From the NCBI GenBank assembly GCA_045595265.1, contig JAZOAA010000176.1, positions 1 through 34,311 of the forward strand: a stretch of 34,311 bases of DNA, in the 5' to 3' direction. Position 1 is the stretch's first letter. Each line of letters opens with the position of its first letter. Under the pieces are notes generated by a model, which did not search any database, was not told the DNA's origin, and saw nothing but the letters and a program-made list of their open reading frames with translations. This document shows positions 9,697 through 18,091 of this stretch, piece by piece. The stretch comes from Eubacteriales bacterium. GTDB taxonomy: Bacteria > Bacillota > Clostridia > Oscillospirales > CAG-272. Both the position numbers and the translations under genes were made by a program.

Positions 9697-10314
9697 TTAT
9701 CTTCCGCCCGCGAGCTTTTTGAGCGCGTGCTTTACAATATCGCCGACGTCAGCCGAGGGATCTGCATCCTTTATGGCGGCGAGAATAGTGCTCTTATCAT
9801 AACCGAGAACGAGAGGCGCTTCGGTAGCCTCATGCAATGAGGAAGAGACTGAAATTCTGCCGGAAACAGAGCTGCCGGCACTTGCGGCGGATTCGTATGA
9901 AAGCATATTTTTGGACATCTTGTCCTTTAATTCAAGAATTATTCTTGCGGCGCTTTTCGCTCCTATGCCGGGAGCTTTTGCAATAGCCTTTATATCATCA
10001 GTACAGATTGCAAGAGCGAGCTTTTCAGGAGTGAGAGTGGATAAAATGCTCATAGCAACCTTTGGTCCTACTCCGCTGACACTGGTAAGATTATTAAAGC
10101 ATTCGCGCTCTTCTGCTGAGCCGAAGCCAAAAAGCTCAACACCGTCCTCTCTTACCGCCAGATGAGTAAAGAGCTTGACGTTTTTACCAAGCTTTGATGC
10201 AAGGGCATCGGAGGTGTTGAGACTTACAGTCAGCTTGTAACCGACACCGCCGCAATCTATAACGCAAACGCTTGCTTCGCGGTGTGCAAGCTCTCCGCTT
10301 AAATAATAAAACAT
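9697..10314 (-). CDS. ruvA: Holliday junction DNA-binding protein RuvA
   Basis: GGVGY, VREDGVELFGF, HhH motifs VSGVGPK and PGIGAKSAARIILELKDK; adjacent to ruvB. Confidence 0.97.
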   Translation of the reverse strand: MFYYLSGELAHREASVCVIDCGGVGYKLTVSLNTSDALASKLGKNVKLFTHLAVREDGVELFGFGSAEERECFNNLTSVSGVGPKVAMSILSTLTPEKLALAICTDDIKAIAKAPGIGAKSAARIILELKDKMSKNMLSYESAASAGSSVSGRISVSSSLHEATEAPLVLGYDKSTILAAIKDADPSADVGDIVKHALKKLAGGR

Positions 10315-10330
10315 TTCTTCTAAATCCTTT

Positions 10331-10513
10331 TTAGAGTATTTTTTTTATGGATTTTTCCAGTTGCTCTCGCTGCAAGGTAAGATCGCGCCCGCAGCCTTCG
10401 CATATTATTCTCACGTCGCTTCCTACGCGCTTGACAGTAAATACGTCTGTGCCGCAGGGGTGCTTTTTTCTTAACACAAGGCGATCATTCTCGTTGATTT
10501 TTACTATTTTCAT
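10331..10513 (-). CDS. DUF951 (YyzM-like) small protein
   Basis: KKHPCG...RVGSDVRIICEGCGR signature. Confidence 0.88.
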   Translation of the reverse strand: MKIVKINENDRLVLRKKHPCGTDVFTVKRVGSDVRIICEGCGRDLTLQREQLEKSIKKIL

Positions 10514-10516
10514 AAA

Positions 10517-10972
10517 TCATTTAGACGAATACAGAGATTTGTATTCTTTCTTTTTTTGTTTTTCGTCCTTTTTGCCCTTGTTTATCTTTTTGTCTATGGA
10601 ACTAACGCATCGTTTAATGAGATATACAACAGCGAAAAGCAGAATATAAAAGAACGTAAAAATAATTACAGCGGTGAAAATATTTGCAGGTGTGCTTACG
10701 TTGATGTGACCGGAAGCCATAAAAATGACAGAGAAGGCAAGCATCATAGCAGCGTAGTGAATCAGTATACGTATCGGAAGTGAGGGGCGCTCAAGACTTA
10801 AAATCATAGTGTCTAACGAAATTATCATACCGAATGCAAATATAAGAGCAAAGGTAGAAAATTCAATCGTTGCAGAATCGAAACTGTTAAATGAAGCAAA
10901 AAGGTAGAATAATACCAAAATCAGTATGGTATATCCGCAACCTTTTAAGAGTATGTTTTCTAATCTTTTCAT
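10517..10972 (-). CDS. Four-TM membrane protein (DUF3021-like) with a Lys-rich tail
   Basis: Four hydrophobic segments, RILIHY motif, basic C-terminus; first gene after a sigA promoter. Confidence 0.7.
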   Translation of the reverse strand: MKRLENILLKGCGYTILILVLFYLFASFNSFDSATIEFSTFALIFAFGMIISLDTMILSLERPSLPIRILIHYAAMMLAFSVIFMASGHINVSTPANIFTAVIIFTFFYILLFAVVYLIKRCVSSIDKKINKGKKDEKQKKKEYKSLYSSK

Positions 10973-11005
10973 TTTGAAACCTGCTTTGTAGTTGTTATCT
11001 AAAAT

Positions 11006-11034
11006 ATTATATCATAAAAAAATATATATTGCAA
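11006..11034 (-). promoter_or_regulatory. sigA-type promoter for the membrane protein-DUF951-ruvA-ruvB operon
   Basis: Minus strand TTGCAA-17-TATAAT with extended TG. Confidence 0.7.
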
Positions 11035-11057
11035 GTGTTTATTTATAGTTGCCACAA

Positions 11058-12110
11058 TCAAAGCTTATTTAATCTACGTCTCATTCTGTTCAGATGCCGC
11101 TCAAAGCTCCCGCTGGAGATAAATTCCGCAAGGACGTATTGATCCATAACGGGAACGGAGCATGAGTGAGAGGAGAAGTGTTCTTCATATAGCTCCAAAA
11201 GCTCGTCCGGAAGTATCATATACCCAAGTCGCATAGAAGGGCTTAAACTCTTTGAAAATGTGTTTATGTATATAACGTTTTTTCCGTGGCTAAGCTTATA
11301 AAGAGAGTCAATAGGGTTGCCGGGAATGAAAAATTCGCTGTCAAAATCGTCCTCAATAATATAACTGCGCTTTTCGCTTATATGAGTAAGATATTCGTAT
11401 CTTTTTGCTACGGTGGCTGTAATACCGGAGGGGTAACTGTGAAACGGAGTAACGTGCAATACGTCAAAATACTTGTTTTCAAGCTCTGATGACAGTATAC
11501 CGTCATCTCCCATTACCAGCTCACATACGCCTGCTCCCATATCCTTGTAAATCATTGGTATTTGCTCATAGCATGGCGACTCAATTCCGAAAATTTTGTT
11601 TCTGCCTAATATTTTGATGGCAATTTCGTAAAGCTGTTCTGAACCTGAACCTATAATTATGTTTTTAGGTTCGGCACTCATTCCACGATAACGGTGAAGA
11701 TAATCGGCGATAGCATTGCGAAGCACGGCACACCCTTGTGAAGGAGATTTTATAAAAAGCCTGCTTCCTTTTTCGGAGATAACTCTTCGTACGGTCTTAA
11801 ACCATACCGAATATTCAAAGTCTGTACCTGGTAGGTTATTTGGCTCGTCTAAATATGTAATTGTATCTTTTGAGGCTTTAGCATTAATCACACCGTAATT
11901 TATATCGGAAACAAAATATCCTCGCCTCTCACGCGGTATGATATATCCTTCATCTGCAAGCATGGATAATGCCTTTTCCACGGTTATAACGCTGACACCA
12001 AGACGGTATGCCATAACTCGCTTTGACGGAAGCTTTTTCTGAGGGGGATATTCTCCGTTTGTAATTCCATTTTTTATTTCTGAATATACCAGCGCATATT
12101 TTTTTTCCAT
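11058..12110 (-). CDS. MocR/GabR-family (PdxR-like) regulator, short 350-aa form
   Basis: GntR wHTH (KLPSKR...LGVSVITVEKA...EGYI...RRGYFV), aminotransferase-like IIEDDFDSEF, PLP-lysine motif TFSKSLSPSMRLGY; divergent from pdxK. Confidence 0.9.
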   Translation of the reverse strand: MEKKYALVYSEIKNGITNGEYPPQKKLPSKRVMAYRLGVSVITVEKALSMLADEGYIIPRERRGYFVSDINYGVINAKASKDTITYLDEPNNLPGTDFEYSVWFKTVRRVISEKGSRLFIKSPSQGCAVLRNAIADYLHRYRGMSAEPKNIIIGSGSEQLYEIAIKILGRNKIFGIESPCYEQIPMIYKDMGAGVCELVMGDDGILSSELENKYFDVLHVTPFHSYPSGITATVAKRYEYLTHISEKRSYIIEDDFDSEFFIPGNPIDSLYKLSHGKNVIYINTFSKSLSPSMRLGYMILPDELLELYEEHFSSHSCSVPVMDQYVLAEFISSGSFERHLNRMRRRLNKL

Positions 12111-12120
12111 GTCAGGTTCT

Positions 12121-12185
12121 CCAATCTGGTTATATAAAAATAATCAAATTTGACTATTTACTCATATCCAATTTATGATTATAAT
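12121..12185. promoter_or_regulatory. Divergent regulator/pdxK control region with candidate MocR boxes and pdxK promoter
   Basis: AATCTGG (12123), AATTTGA (12147) and inverted CCAATT (12168) give the direct-plus-inverted layout typical of MocR operators. TTGACT (12150) and TATGAT (12174) are 18 bp apart. Inference. Confidence 0.45.
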
Positions 12186-12221
12186 ATAAATATCAAAAAA
12201 AGTAAAGAGGTTTTAGAAAAA

Positions 12222-13055
12222 ATGTCTTATCCAAAAATTCTTACCATACAAGATATCTCTTGCGTGGGTCAGTGTTCTCTTACGGTGGCGCTTCCTATTA
12301 TATCAGCATGCGGAATTGAATGTGCCGTTTTGCCCTCCGCCGTTCTTTCTACACATACCGCAGGCTTTTCCGGTTATACGTTCCGCGATCTGACGGATGA
12401 TATGCCTCTGATATGTAATCATTGGAAAAAAGAGGGAATATCCTTTGATGCGGTGTATACCGGATACCTTGGAAGCACGAAGCAGATTCAGTACGTTATC
12501 GATATTATAAATTCCTCCGCGAAGGAAAACGGAGCGATCATAGTTGATCCTGCTATGGCAGATAACGGAAAGCTCTATCCCGGCTTTGATGAAGAATTTG
12601 TTAAGGCTATGCGCACGCTTTGCGCCAGAGCCGATTATGTTGTACCTAATATGACAGAGGCGTGCCTTCTGACCGGCATTGAATACAAAACCGTTTACGA
12701 TGAGGCGTATGTAAAGTCCATTGTCGAGGCTTTGGTTTCACTTGGTGCGAAAAACGTAATATTTACCGGAATTTCTTATAAAAAAGAAAAGAACGGTGTT
12801 CTTGTTTTTGAAAACGGTAAGTATTCCTATTATGAGCATGATATGCTTCCTAACAGCTGTCACGGTACGGGAGATATCTATGCCTCGGCATTCGTCGGAG
12901 CTCTTGTGCGCGGAAAGAGCGCATATGATTCTGCAAGAATAGCAGCCGATTATACCGTCGAGTGCATTAAGCAGACCGCCGACGAGCCTAACCATTGGTA
13001 CGGTGCAAAATTCGAGCCCGCACTTCCAAAGCTTATATCAATGATAAATGATTAA
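12222..13055 (+). CDS. pdxK: Pyridoxal/pyridoxamine kinase
   Basis: ILTIQDISCVGQCS, LSTHT, YTGYLGS, VDPAMADNGKLY, PNMTEA, HGTGD. Start reassigned to ATG 12222 (RBS AAGAGG). Confidence 0.93.
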   Translation: MSYPKILTIQDISCVGQCSLTVALPIISACGIECAVLPSAVLSTHTAGFSGYTFRDLTDDMPLICNHWKKEGISFDAVYTGYLGSTKQIQYVIDIINSSAKENGAIIVDPAMADNGKLYPGFDEEFVKAMRTLCARADYVVPNMTEACLLTGIEYKTVYDEAYVKSIVEALVSLGAKNVIFTGISYKKEKNGVLVFENGKYSYYEHDMLPNSCHGTGDIYASAFVGALVRGKSAYDSARIAADYTVECIKQTADEPNHWYGAKFEPALPKLISMIND

Positions 13056-13106
13056 TAAAAAGTCATATCGCTTAACCAAAAACGGTTTTGCGATATGACT
13101 TTTATT
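13054..13106. terminator. Bidirectional terminator between pdxK and the S1-domain gene
   Basis: AAAAGTCATATCGC...GCGATATGACTTTT with an inner AACC/GGTT pair. Confidence 0.85.
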
Positions 13107-14042
13107 TTAGAACACGCTTTCTATAATTCTTTTTGAGATTTTGGGTGAATACCGCCAGTTGTCTATGTGCGTTACGGATTTTGTGTCAATATAGTATTCT
13201 AAAGGAGAAGGGTAGTCTGCGACGTCCTCTGCTGCTATTATTATCAATTTTATCTTCATTTTTTCGGGTATTATGCTCTTTATGTATACCGCCGCACCCG
13301 CGCCGACTTCGGCATCCTCTTTATACTCTGCAAGTCCCGCAAGATTTGGCTTTAGTTCAACGAATATTCCGTAGCTTTCTATACTTCTTATTATGCCTCT
13401 TACGGTTTGCCCTTCGGAGAAATGCGCCGCATTTTCCTCCCAACTTCCCAAAAGCTCTTTTGAAGAAACGTATATTCGTCCTTTGTCGTCTATATTTTTT
13501 ACAATGGTGTATATCGCGTCACCAACGCAAACTCTTGCAGATGGGTGTGATATGCGTGATACAGATATTGAGTCGATAGAGAGTAGGGAAACAATACCGC
13601 AGCCTATATCTACGAAAGCACCAAAGTTTTCTAAATGAGTAACCCTTGCCGGAATAATATCACCCGGAGCGAGAGCCTCTATGTAATTATGATAGCATTC
13701 TCTTTGTGCCGATCTGCGAGAGAGAATTGCGGTATAGCTGCCTCCGCCGTCCTGCTCAAAGCCTAATACCTTAAAGGCCACAGGCTTTCCCACTCTTGTG
13801 AGTATTGCGATATCCTTTATTTGCTCGTCTGTATACGAATAAGCTATCTCTGATCTTGGTATTATGGCGTGCATCTTGCAGGGAAGCTCTACGTGAAGGT
13901 TGAAGCTATGATCGCAAAGCGTTGCAACCCCCTCTAAAATCATACCGTCACGCTGGGCTCGTTTTAATCCCTCGGGACTTGAAATATACTCATAATTTTC
14001 TTTTTCGGAAATCAACATACCCTCGGGCATATATTTATTCAT
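13107..14042 (-). CDS. Protein with about three S1 RNA-binding domains
   Basis: S1 signatures ARVTHLENFGAFVDIGCG...ISVSRI and GQTVRGIIRSIESYGIFVEL, plus a degenerate N-terminal S1; RBS AAAGAAAGG. Confidence 0.88.
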   Translation of the reverse strand: MNKYMPEGMLISEKENYEYISSPEGLKRAQRDGMILEGVATLCDHSFNLHVELPCKMHAIIPRSEIAYSYTDEQIKDIAILTRVGKPVAFKVLGFEQDGGGSYTAILSRRSAQRECYHNYIEALAPGDIIPARVTHLENFGAFVDIGCGIVSLLSIDSISVSRISHPSARVCVGDAIYTIVKNIDDKGRIYVSSKELLGSWEENAAHFSEGQTVRGIIRSIESYGIFVELKPNLAGLAEYKEDAEVGAGAAVYIKSIIPEKMKIKLIIIAAEDVADYPSPLEYYIDTKSVTHIDNWRYSPKISKRIIESVF

Positions 14043-14106
14043 GTTACTTACCTTTCTTTTTACGTATTAAAAACGGATAAGCCGATTGATTAAATATATG
14101 CCCGAG
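14022..14106. repeat. Inverted repeat, 20-bp arms (19/20), spanning the start of the S1-domain gene
   Basis: 14022-14041 CTCGGGCATATATTTATTCA versus reverse complement of 14087-14106 CTCGGGCATATATTTAATCA; the first 16 bp are perfect. Confidence 0.9.
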
Positions 14107-14121
14107 ATTGATTTTCTATTC
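14093..14121 (-). promoter_or_regulatory. Candidate sigE-type promoter of the S1-domain gene
   Basis: Minus strand gaATA-16 nt-CATATATT, matching the B. subtilis sigE pattern ATa-N16-18-CATAcanT. Confidence 0.55.
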
Positions 14122-14129
14122 TGTTAATT

Positions 14130-14498
14130 TTAATATTCTTCTGCGCTCTTGTTACCTCCAAGTCCGAAGCTGACTTCTATTGCGGAATTAACGCTGCTCA
14201 TAGTTGCCTCGTCAAGATGTCCCATCTTTTCTTTGAGTCGCTTTTTGTCTATTGTTCTTATTTGCTCAAGCAGAATTATACTGTCCTTGGCAAGTCCGGC
14301 ATCATCTCCCGGTACGTCAATGTGCGTAGGCAGCTTGGTTTTGCTGATTTTTGAGGTAATGGCAGCCGCGATTACCGTCGGACTGTATTTATTTCCTATA
14401 TCGTTCTGAACTATTAATACAGGGCGCAAGCCACCCTGTTCACTACCCACCACAGGACTTAGATCTGCGTAGTAAATATCTCCTCGCTTTATGTTCAT
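14130..14498 (-). CDS. mazF: MazF/PemK-family endoribonuclease (NdoA/EndoA type) with no adjacent antitoxin
   Basis: [46 protein letters not shown]...KLPTH...[17 protein letters not shown]. Start placed at ATG 14498 by family length; the SD is weak. Confidence 0.95.
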   Translation of the reverse strand: MNIKRGDIYYADLSPVVGSEQGGLRPVLIVQNDIGNKYSPTVIAAAITSKISKTKLPTHIDVPGDDAGLAKDSIILLEQIRTIDKKRLKEKMGHLDEATMSSVNSAIEVSFGLGGNKSAEEY

Positions 14499-14702
14499 TT
14501 TTATAACCCAGACCCAAAATTTATAAGGATCCTTTTTCTTCTCCTTTTTTGTTTGCAATATTATTTTGCACCGCTTTGTCTTTTTTAATCAAATACGGAA
14601 AAATTTATATTTCCCATATCATTTTATGCCAAATGTATTTTTCCTCTACCGATACAGGTTTTGCGCATTTTAATAAAAATTATCAAAAAAGGTAAAAATA
14701 TA

Positions 14703-14731
14703 TTGATTTCATCGACAAATTGTTGTATAAT
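14703..14731 (+). promoter_or_regulatory. sigA-type promoter of the NCS2 permease
   Basis: TTGATT-17-TATAAT. Confidence 0.65.
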
Positions 14732-14765
14732 TATTGCATCCTAAAAAATAAAGAAGGAGACAGAA

Positions 14766-16196
14766 ATGAAAGCTTTTATTGAAAAGTATTTCAAAATTAA
14801 GGAGAGGGGCACTACCGTTAGAACTGAAATAATGGCCGGTGTTACTACCTTTCTCACAATGGCGTACATCATCGCTCTTAACCCGAACCTGATTACCAGC
14901 TTCGGCGCGCTTGGCGGTGAAGGACTTTGGAAGGCGATCTTCCTTGCAACAGTTATTTCTTCAGCCGTCGCAACGATTATGATGGGATTGTTTGCAAATC
15001 AGCCGTTTGCTCTTGCTCCCGGAATGGGTCTTAACTCTTATTTCGCGGGCGTGTGTGCAGGACTTGCAGCCGCTGCCGGAGTAACCTATATTGAGGGTGT
15101 TCAGGCGGGTCTTTGCATAATTCTTATTGAGGGCATTGTCTTCATCATTCTTTCACTCTTTAAGATTAGAGAAAAGATTGTTGATGCTATTCCGCTAAGT
15201 GTTCGTCTTGGTATTTCAGCAGGTATAGGTCTTATGCTTGCTAATATCGGACTTGGATCTAACGACACCATTCTGGGCCCTGATTTCAACTCGTATTTCA
15301 TGCTTTCCGACTTCTTCGGTCAGGGAGCTTCCGTTATGCAAGATAAGGGTATTTACGTAACGATGGTTATTCACGTACTAACTCTTATTATCGGTCTTAT
15401 CATCATTGCCGTTCTCGCTCATAAGAAGGTAAACGGCGCTATCCTTTATGGTATTCTCGGATCTTCCGTATTTTATTGGGCAGTTTCGTGGATTGTAACT
15501 GGTGTAAATCCCTTCGAATCGCTCGCTACGGCAAATTGGCTTCCTCCTTTCGCAGAGATGGCGGAGTTCACACTATTCAAGTTTAACTTTGGCGTGCTTC
15601 TTGAGATGGGTTACTTTGCAGTGGTAATGACCATTCTTACATTCTGTATGGTCGATATGTTCGATACTATCGGTACTCTTTACGGTACGTGTAAGGCATC
15701 TGATATGCTTGATGAAAACGGCAACGTTCCCAATGTTGGAAAGTGCCTTGCTACTGATGCTGTAGGTACTTGTGTAGGTGCCGTTACCGGAACTCCTACT
15801 ATTACGACCTTTGTTGAGTCTGCGGCAGGTGTTAAGGCGGGCGGCAGAACAGGTCTTACATCTGTCGTTACAGGTCTTTTGTTCCTTGCTTGTATGTTCA
15901 TATCTCCTATAGCTGCCATTATCCCCGCGCCTGCAACGTCTGCAGCTCTTGTTTACGTCGGCGCACTTATGATTAATTCTCTTAAAGAGGTTGATTACTC
16001 TGATGCAGCAGCCTCCGTCCCTGTGGTAATTATGCTTATATCTATGCCTATCACCGGATCTATCGGAAGCGGCATTGGTTTAGGACTTATTACATACAGC
16101 TTAATAAAAATCTGCCGCGGTGAGTGGAAGGACGTTTCATGGCTTACCATGCTTCTTTCTGTTCTATTTGTCTGCAAGTTCTTTATTCCGTTCTGA
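14766..16196 (+). CDS. NCS2/AzgA-family purine nucleobase permease
   Basis: RTEIMAGVTTFLTMAYII, ALAPGMGLNSYF, DMFDTIGTL, TTFVESAAGV, GGRTGLT; many TM helices; RBS AAGGAG. Confidence 0.93.
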   Translation: MKAFIEKYFKIKERGTTVRTEIMAGVTTFLTMAYIIALNPNLITSFGALGGEGLWKAIFLATVISSAVATIMMGLFANQPFALAPGMGLNSYFAGVCAGLAAAAGVTYIEGVQAGLCIILIEGIVFIILSLFKIREKIVDAIPLSVRLGISAGIGLMLANIGLGSNDTILGPDFNSYFMLSDFFGQGASVMQDKGIYVTMVIHVLTLIIGLIIIAVLAHKKVNGAILYGILGSSVFYWAVSWIVTGVNPFESLATANWLPPFAEMAEFTLFKFNFGVLLEMGYFAVVMTILTFCMVDMFDTIGTLYGTCKASDMLDENGNVPNVGKCLATDAVGTCVGAVTGTPTITTFVESAAGVKAGGRTGLTSVVTGLLFLACMFISPIAAIIPAPATSAALVYVGALMINSLKEVDYSDAAASVPVVIMLISMPITGSIGSGIGLGLITYSLIKICRGEWKDVSWLTMLLSVLFVCKFFIPF

Positions 16197-16205
16197 TAAG
16201 ATAAT

Positions 16206-16252
16206 AAAAAACATCGGAGAGTCCTAAAGTGGGACTCTCCGACTTTTCTTTT
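16206..16252. terminator. Terminator between the convergent permease and DUF378 genes
   Basis: TCGGAGAGTCC (16214-16224) / GGACTCTCCGA (16232-16242), flanked by A- and T-tracts. Confidence 0.85.
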
Positions 16253-16262
16253 CCAAAAAGGT

Positions 16263-16496
16263 TTATGCGTGAGTGTGTGATGCTGTTGTGTGGTGCTCTT
16301 CTTCGTTATCCATAAAGAGCATAGAGATGCACCAGATACCCGCAAGAGCGATAACAATGTATATAATTCTTGCGAGCAGTGCGGTGGGTCCGCCGGCTAT
16401 CCATGCAACGAGATCGAATGAGAAGAGTCCTACCAAACCCCAGTTTATTGCGCCGATTATAATTAATGCCAACGCAATCTTGTTTACAATCATCAT
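16263..16496 (-). CDS. DUF378 (YuzA-like) small membrane protein
   Basis: KIALALIIIGAINWGLVGLFSFDLVA...ARIIYIVIALAG signature. Start uncertain (16493, 16496 or 16508). Confidence 0.9.
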   Translation of the reverse strand: MMIVNKIALALIIIGAINWGLVGLFSFDLVAWIAGGPTALLARIIYIVIALAGIWCISMLFMDNEEEHHTTASHTHA

Positions 16497-16554
16497 ATAT
16501 ATGACCATGCCTTTACAATAATTTTGACTTTGAATCAGATAATTGATCCGCTGT

Positions 16555-16584
16555 TAGTTTTTCCTGTTGTAGAGGCATTTATAC
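16555..16584 (-). promoter_or_regulatory. sigF/sigG-type forespore promoter for the DUF378 gene
   Basis: Minus strand GTATA-15 nt-GGAAAAACTA, a full match to the GYATA-N15-GGnnAnAHTR consensus. Confidence 0.7.
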
Positions 16585-16596
16585 ATCGTAATTAAT

Positions 16597-17298
16597 TTAA
16601 TCTTCAAAAAACGGTCTGGATTCGCCAAATGCTTCTTTTAATTTTTCAAGTGAGCGCTTTTCTATCCTTGAAACGTAAGAACGAGAAATGCCAAGATACG
16701 CGGCAACCTCGCGCTGCGTTCTCGGCTTATAACCCTTAAGTCCGTATCTCAGTACGATTATTTCACGTTCTCTGGGTGGGAGAAGCTCATCGACGAGAGT
16801 CCTTATTTTTTCTATATGTCCTTTTAAGTCTAAATCCGCCTCAATTGATTCTTCAACGCTTATAATATCGAGATATGTAAGTGGATTTCCGTCTTTATCT
16901 ACGTCTATCGTGTCATTTATGGATACTTCCATGCCCGAGCGTTTTTTGCTTCTGAAAAACATTAAAATTTCATTCTGTATACATTTTGATGCATAGGTGG
17001 CAAACCGTGTTCCAAAGCTGGGCTTGAAGGAATCTACCGCTTTGATGAGTCCGAGACTTCCGATAGATAAAAGTTCGTCGGGGTTTTCATAAGAAGAATA
17101 ATATTTTTTTATTATATGAGAAACCAAACGCAGATTGTGCTCGATAAGCTTATCGCGCGCTGCCTCATCAGACGCCTCTTTTCTTATAAAAAGTGACAAT
17201 TCTTCTTCTTTTGATAGCGGGGGCGGAAAGCTTGTTGATTCCTCCATACCCAGAATTAGGGAAATAAAGCGTAGTAGCAATTTTGTTATATCAAACAT
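16597..17298 (-). CDS. sigK: Sporulation sigma factor pro-sigma-K, uninterrupted
   Basis: SFPPPLS, LIEHNLRLVSHIIKKY, ATYASKCIQNEILM, DKDGN, TQREVA..LGISRSYVSRIEKR. Start at ATG 17298 with RBS GGAG; ~17-aa hydrophobic pro-sequence. Confidence 0.92.
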   Translation of the reverse strand: MFDITKLLLRFISLILGMEESTSFPPPLSKEEELSLFIRKEASDEAARDKLIEHNLRLVSHIIKKYYSSYENPDELLSIGSLGLIKAVDSFKPSFGTRFATYASKCIQNEILMFFRSKKRSGMEVSINDTIDVDKDGNPLTYLDIISVEESIEADLDLKGHIEKIRTLVDELLPPREREIIVLRYGLKGYKPRTQREVAAYLGISRSYVSRIEKRSLEKLKEAFGESRPFFED

Positions 17299-17338
17299 TT
17301 CTAATACTCCGTTCTGCCGCTTGGGCTTTCTTAATTGG

Positions 17339-17364
17339 AGTATATGCAAATGCCGCTTGTACTC
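17339..17364 (-). promoter_or_regulatory. Candidate sigE/sigK -10 element plus SpoIIID-like site upstream of sigK
   Basis: Minus strand GAGTACAAGC (resembles the SpoIIID consensus aaggACAanc) followed by CATATACT. Confidence 0.45.
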
Positions 17365-17374
17365 TTTACTATCC

Positions 17375-18031
17375 TTAAGTTATTTTGGTGTTTTCCGGGG
17401 TTATTAATACGTACCCATCGTCCTTTATGAATTTTATTTTTTGCCGGCCTATGTAATGGCAGAATTTTTCATTCATATTGCTTATATGAGCTCTCACGTC
17501 GCTTGGTTGCGGCATTTTAGTATGCGGAAAGACAACACGTAGAATTTCCTTTATAGGTTGAGGGACGGGATAACTCTTTATGATGTAACGCAGTATCATG
17601 CGCTCCGTTTTAGTCAGAGGAATTTGTTCGTCTAAAAACATTGTATCTTTAGTGTAAACAGATGCGTCAAATCCACCGGCACGGTAATTTCCGATTGGCA
17701 GAAAATTGTAAAAAATAAGATACGCAGTAATCTTTTTAATAATATCTTTTACACTTGTGTCTGGCGAAAATTTTAGCTCTGCGCGGATTTTTAGTGAAGG
17801 TTCGCCAATGGTGAAAAGCGGTATAGCAAATACGGAATTGTTGAGCCCATCAACTAGTGTGTCCATATATTCAATTTTTGTGGGCTCTAAAATTATTATA
17901 GCACGATATCTTGGCCCTAATTCCTTAAGTGCATTTTTAGCGGCAACTCCTACCGCTAAAAATCCTCGCGTTTTTATAGATTCAGCGAGTCTTTGCGCCT
18001 TGTAGTTTGTTGTATGAATGAGGAGAATCAT
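17375..18031 (-). CDS. Atypical OmpR-like regulator: degenerate receiver domain plus C-terminal winged helix
   Basis: C-terminus IPLTKTERMILRYII...DVRAHISNMNEKF...IKFIKDDGY fits the OmpR/PhoB wHTH pattern. The N-terminus has a receiver-like strand pattern without the acidic pocket. Confidence 0.7.
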   Translation of the reverse strand: MILLIHTTNYKAQRLAESIKTRGFLAVGVAAKNALKELGPRYRAIIILEPTKIEYMDTLVDGLNNSVFAIPLFTIGEPSLKIRAELKFSPDTSVKDIIKKITAYLIFYNFLPIGNYRAGGFDASVYTKDTMFLDEQIPLTKTERMILRYIIKSYPVPQPIKEILRVVFPHTKMPQPSDVRAHISNMNEKFCHYIGRQKIKFIKDDGYVLITPENTKIT

Positions 18032-18062
18032 GAGGCTTATCCTTTTTCGTTTTTACATATTC

Positions 18063-18091
18063 AGTATAGCAGAAATTATAATTCTTTTCAA
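18063..18091 (-). promoter_or_regulatory. sigA-type promoter of the atypical regulator
   Basis: Minus strand TTGAAA-17-TATACT with extended TG. Confidence 0.6.

Noticed and set aside
9814-9816. RuvA EAP in place of the usual EAL (also LepA LECEF for LEREF near 28039)
   Set aside because: Single substitutions cannot be told apart from polymorphism or sequencing error without reads.
14499-14700. MazE/NdoAI antitoxin ORF
   Set aside because: Only very short minus-strand ORFs and no RHH or AbrB pattern; the TTG-started 20-aa extension in the ORF track lacks an SD.
14560-14765. Purine riboswitch upstream of the NCS2 permease
   Set aside because: The predicted 5' UTR is only about 28 nt and no purine aptamer motifs are visible.
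16597-17298. skin-type element interrupting sigK
   Set aside because: The ORF is continuous from region 1.2 to region 4 and no recombinase is nearby.
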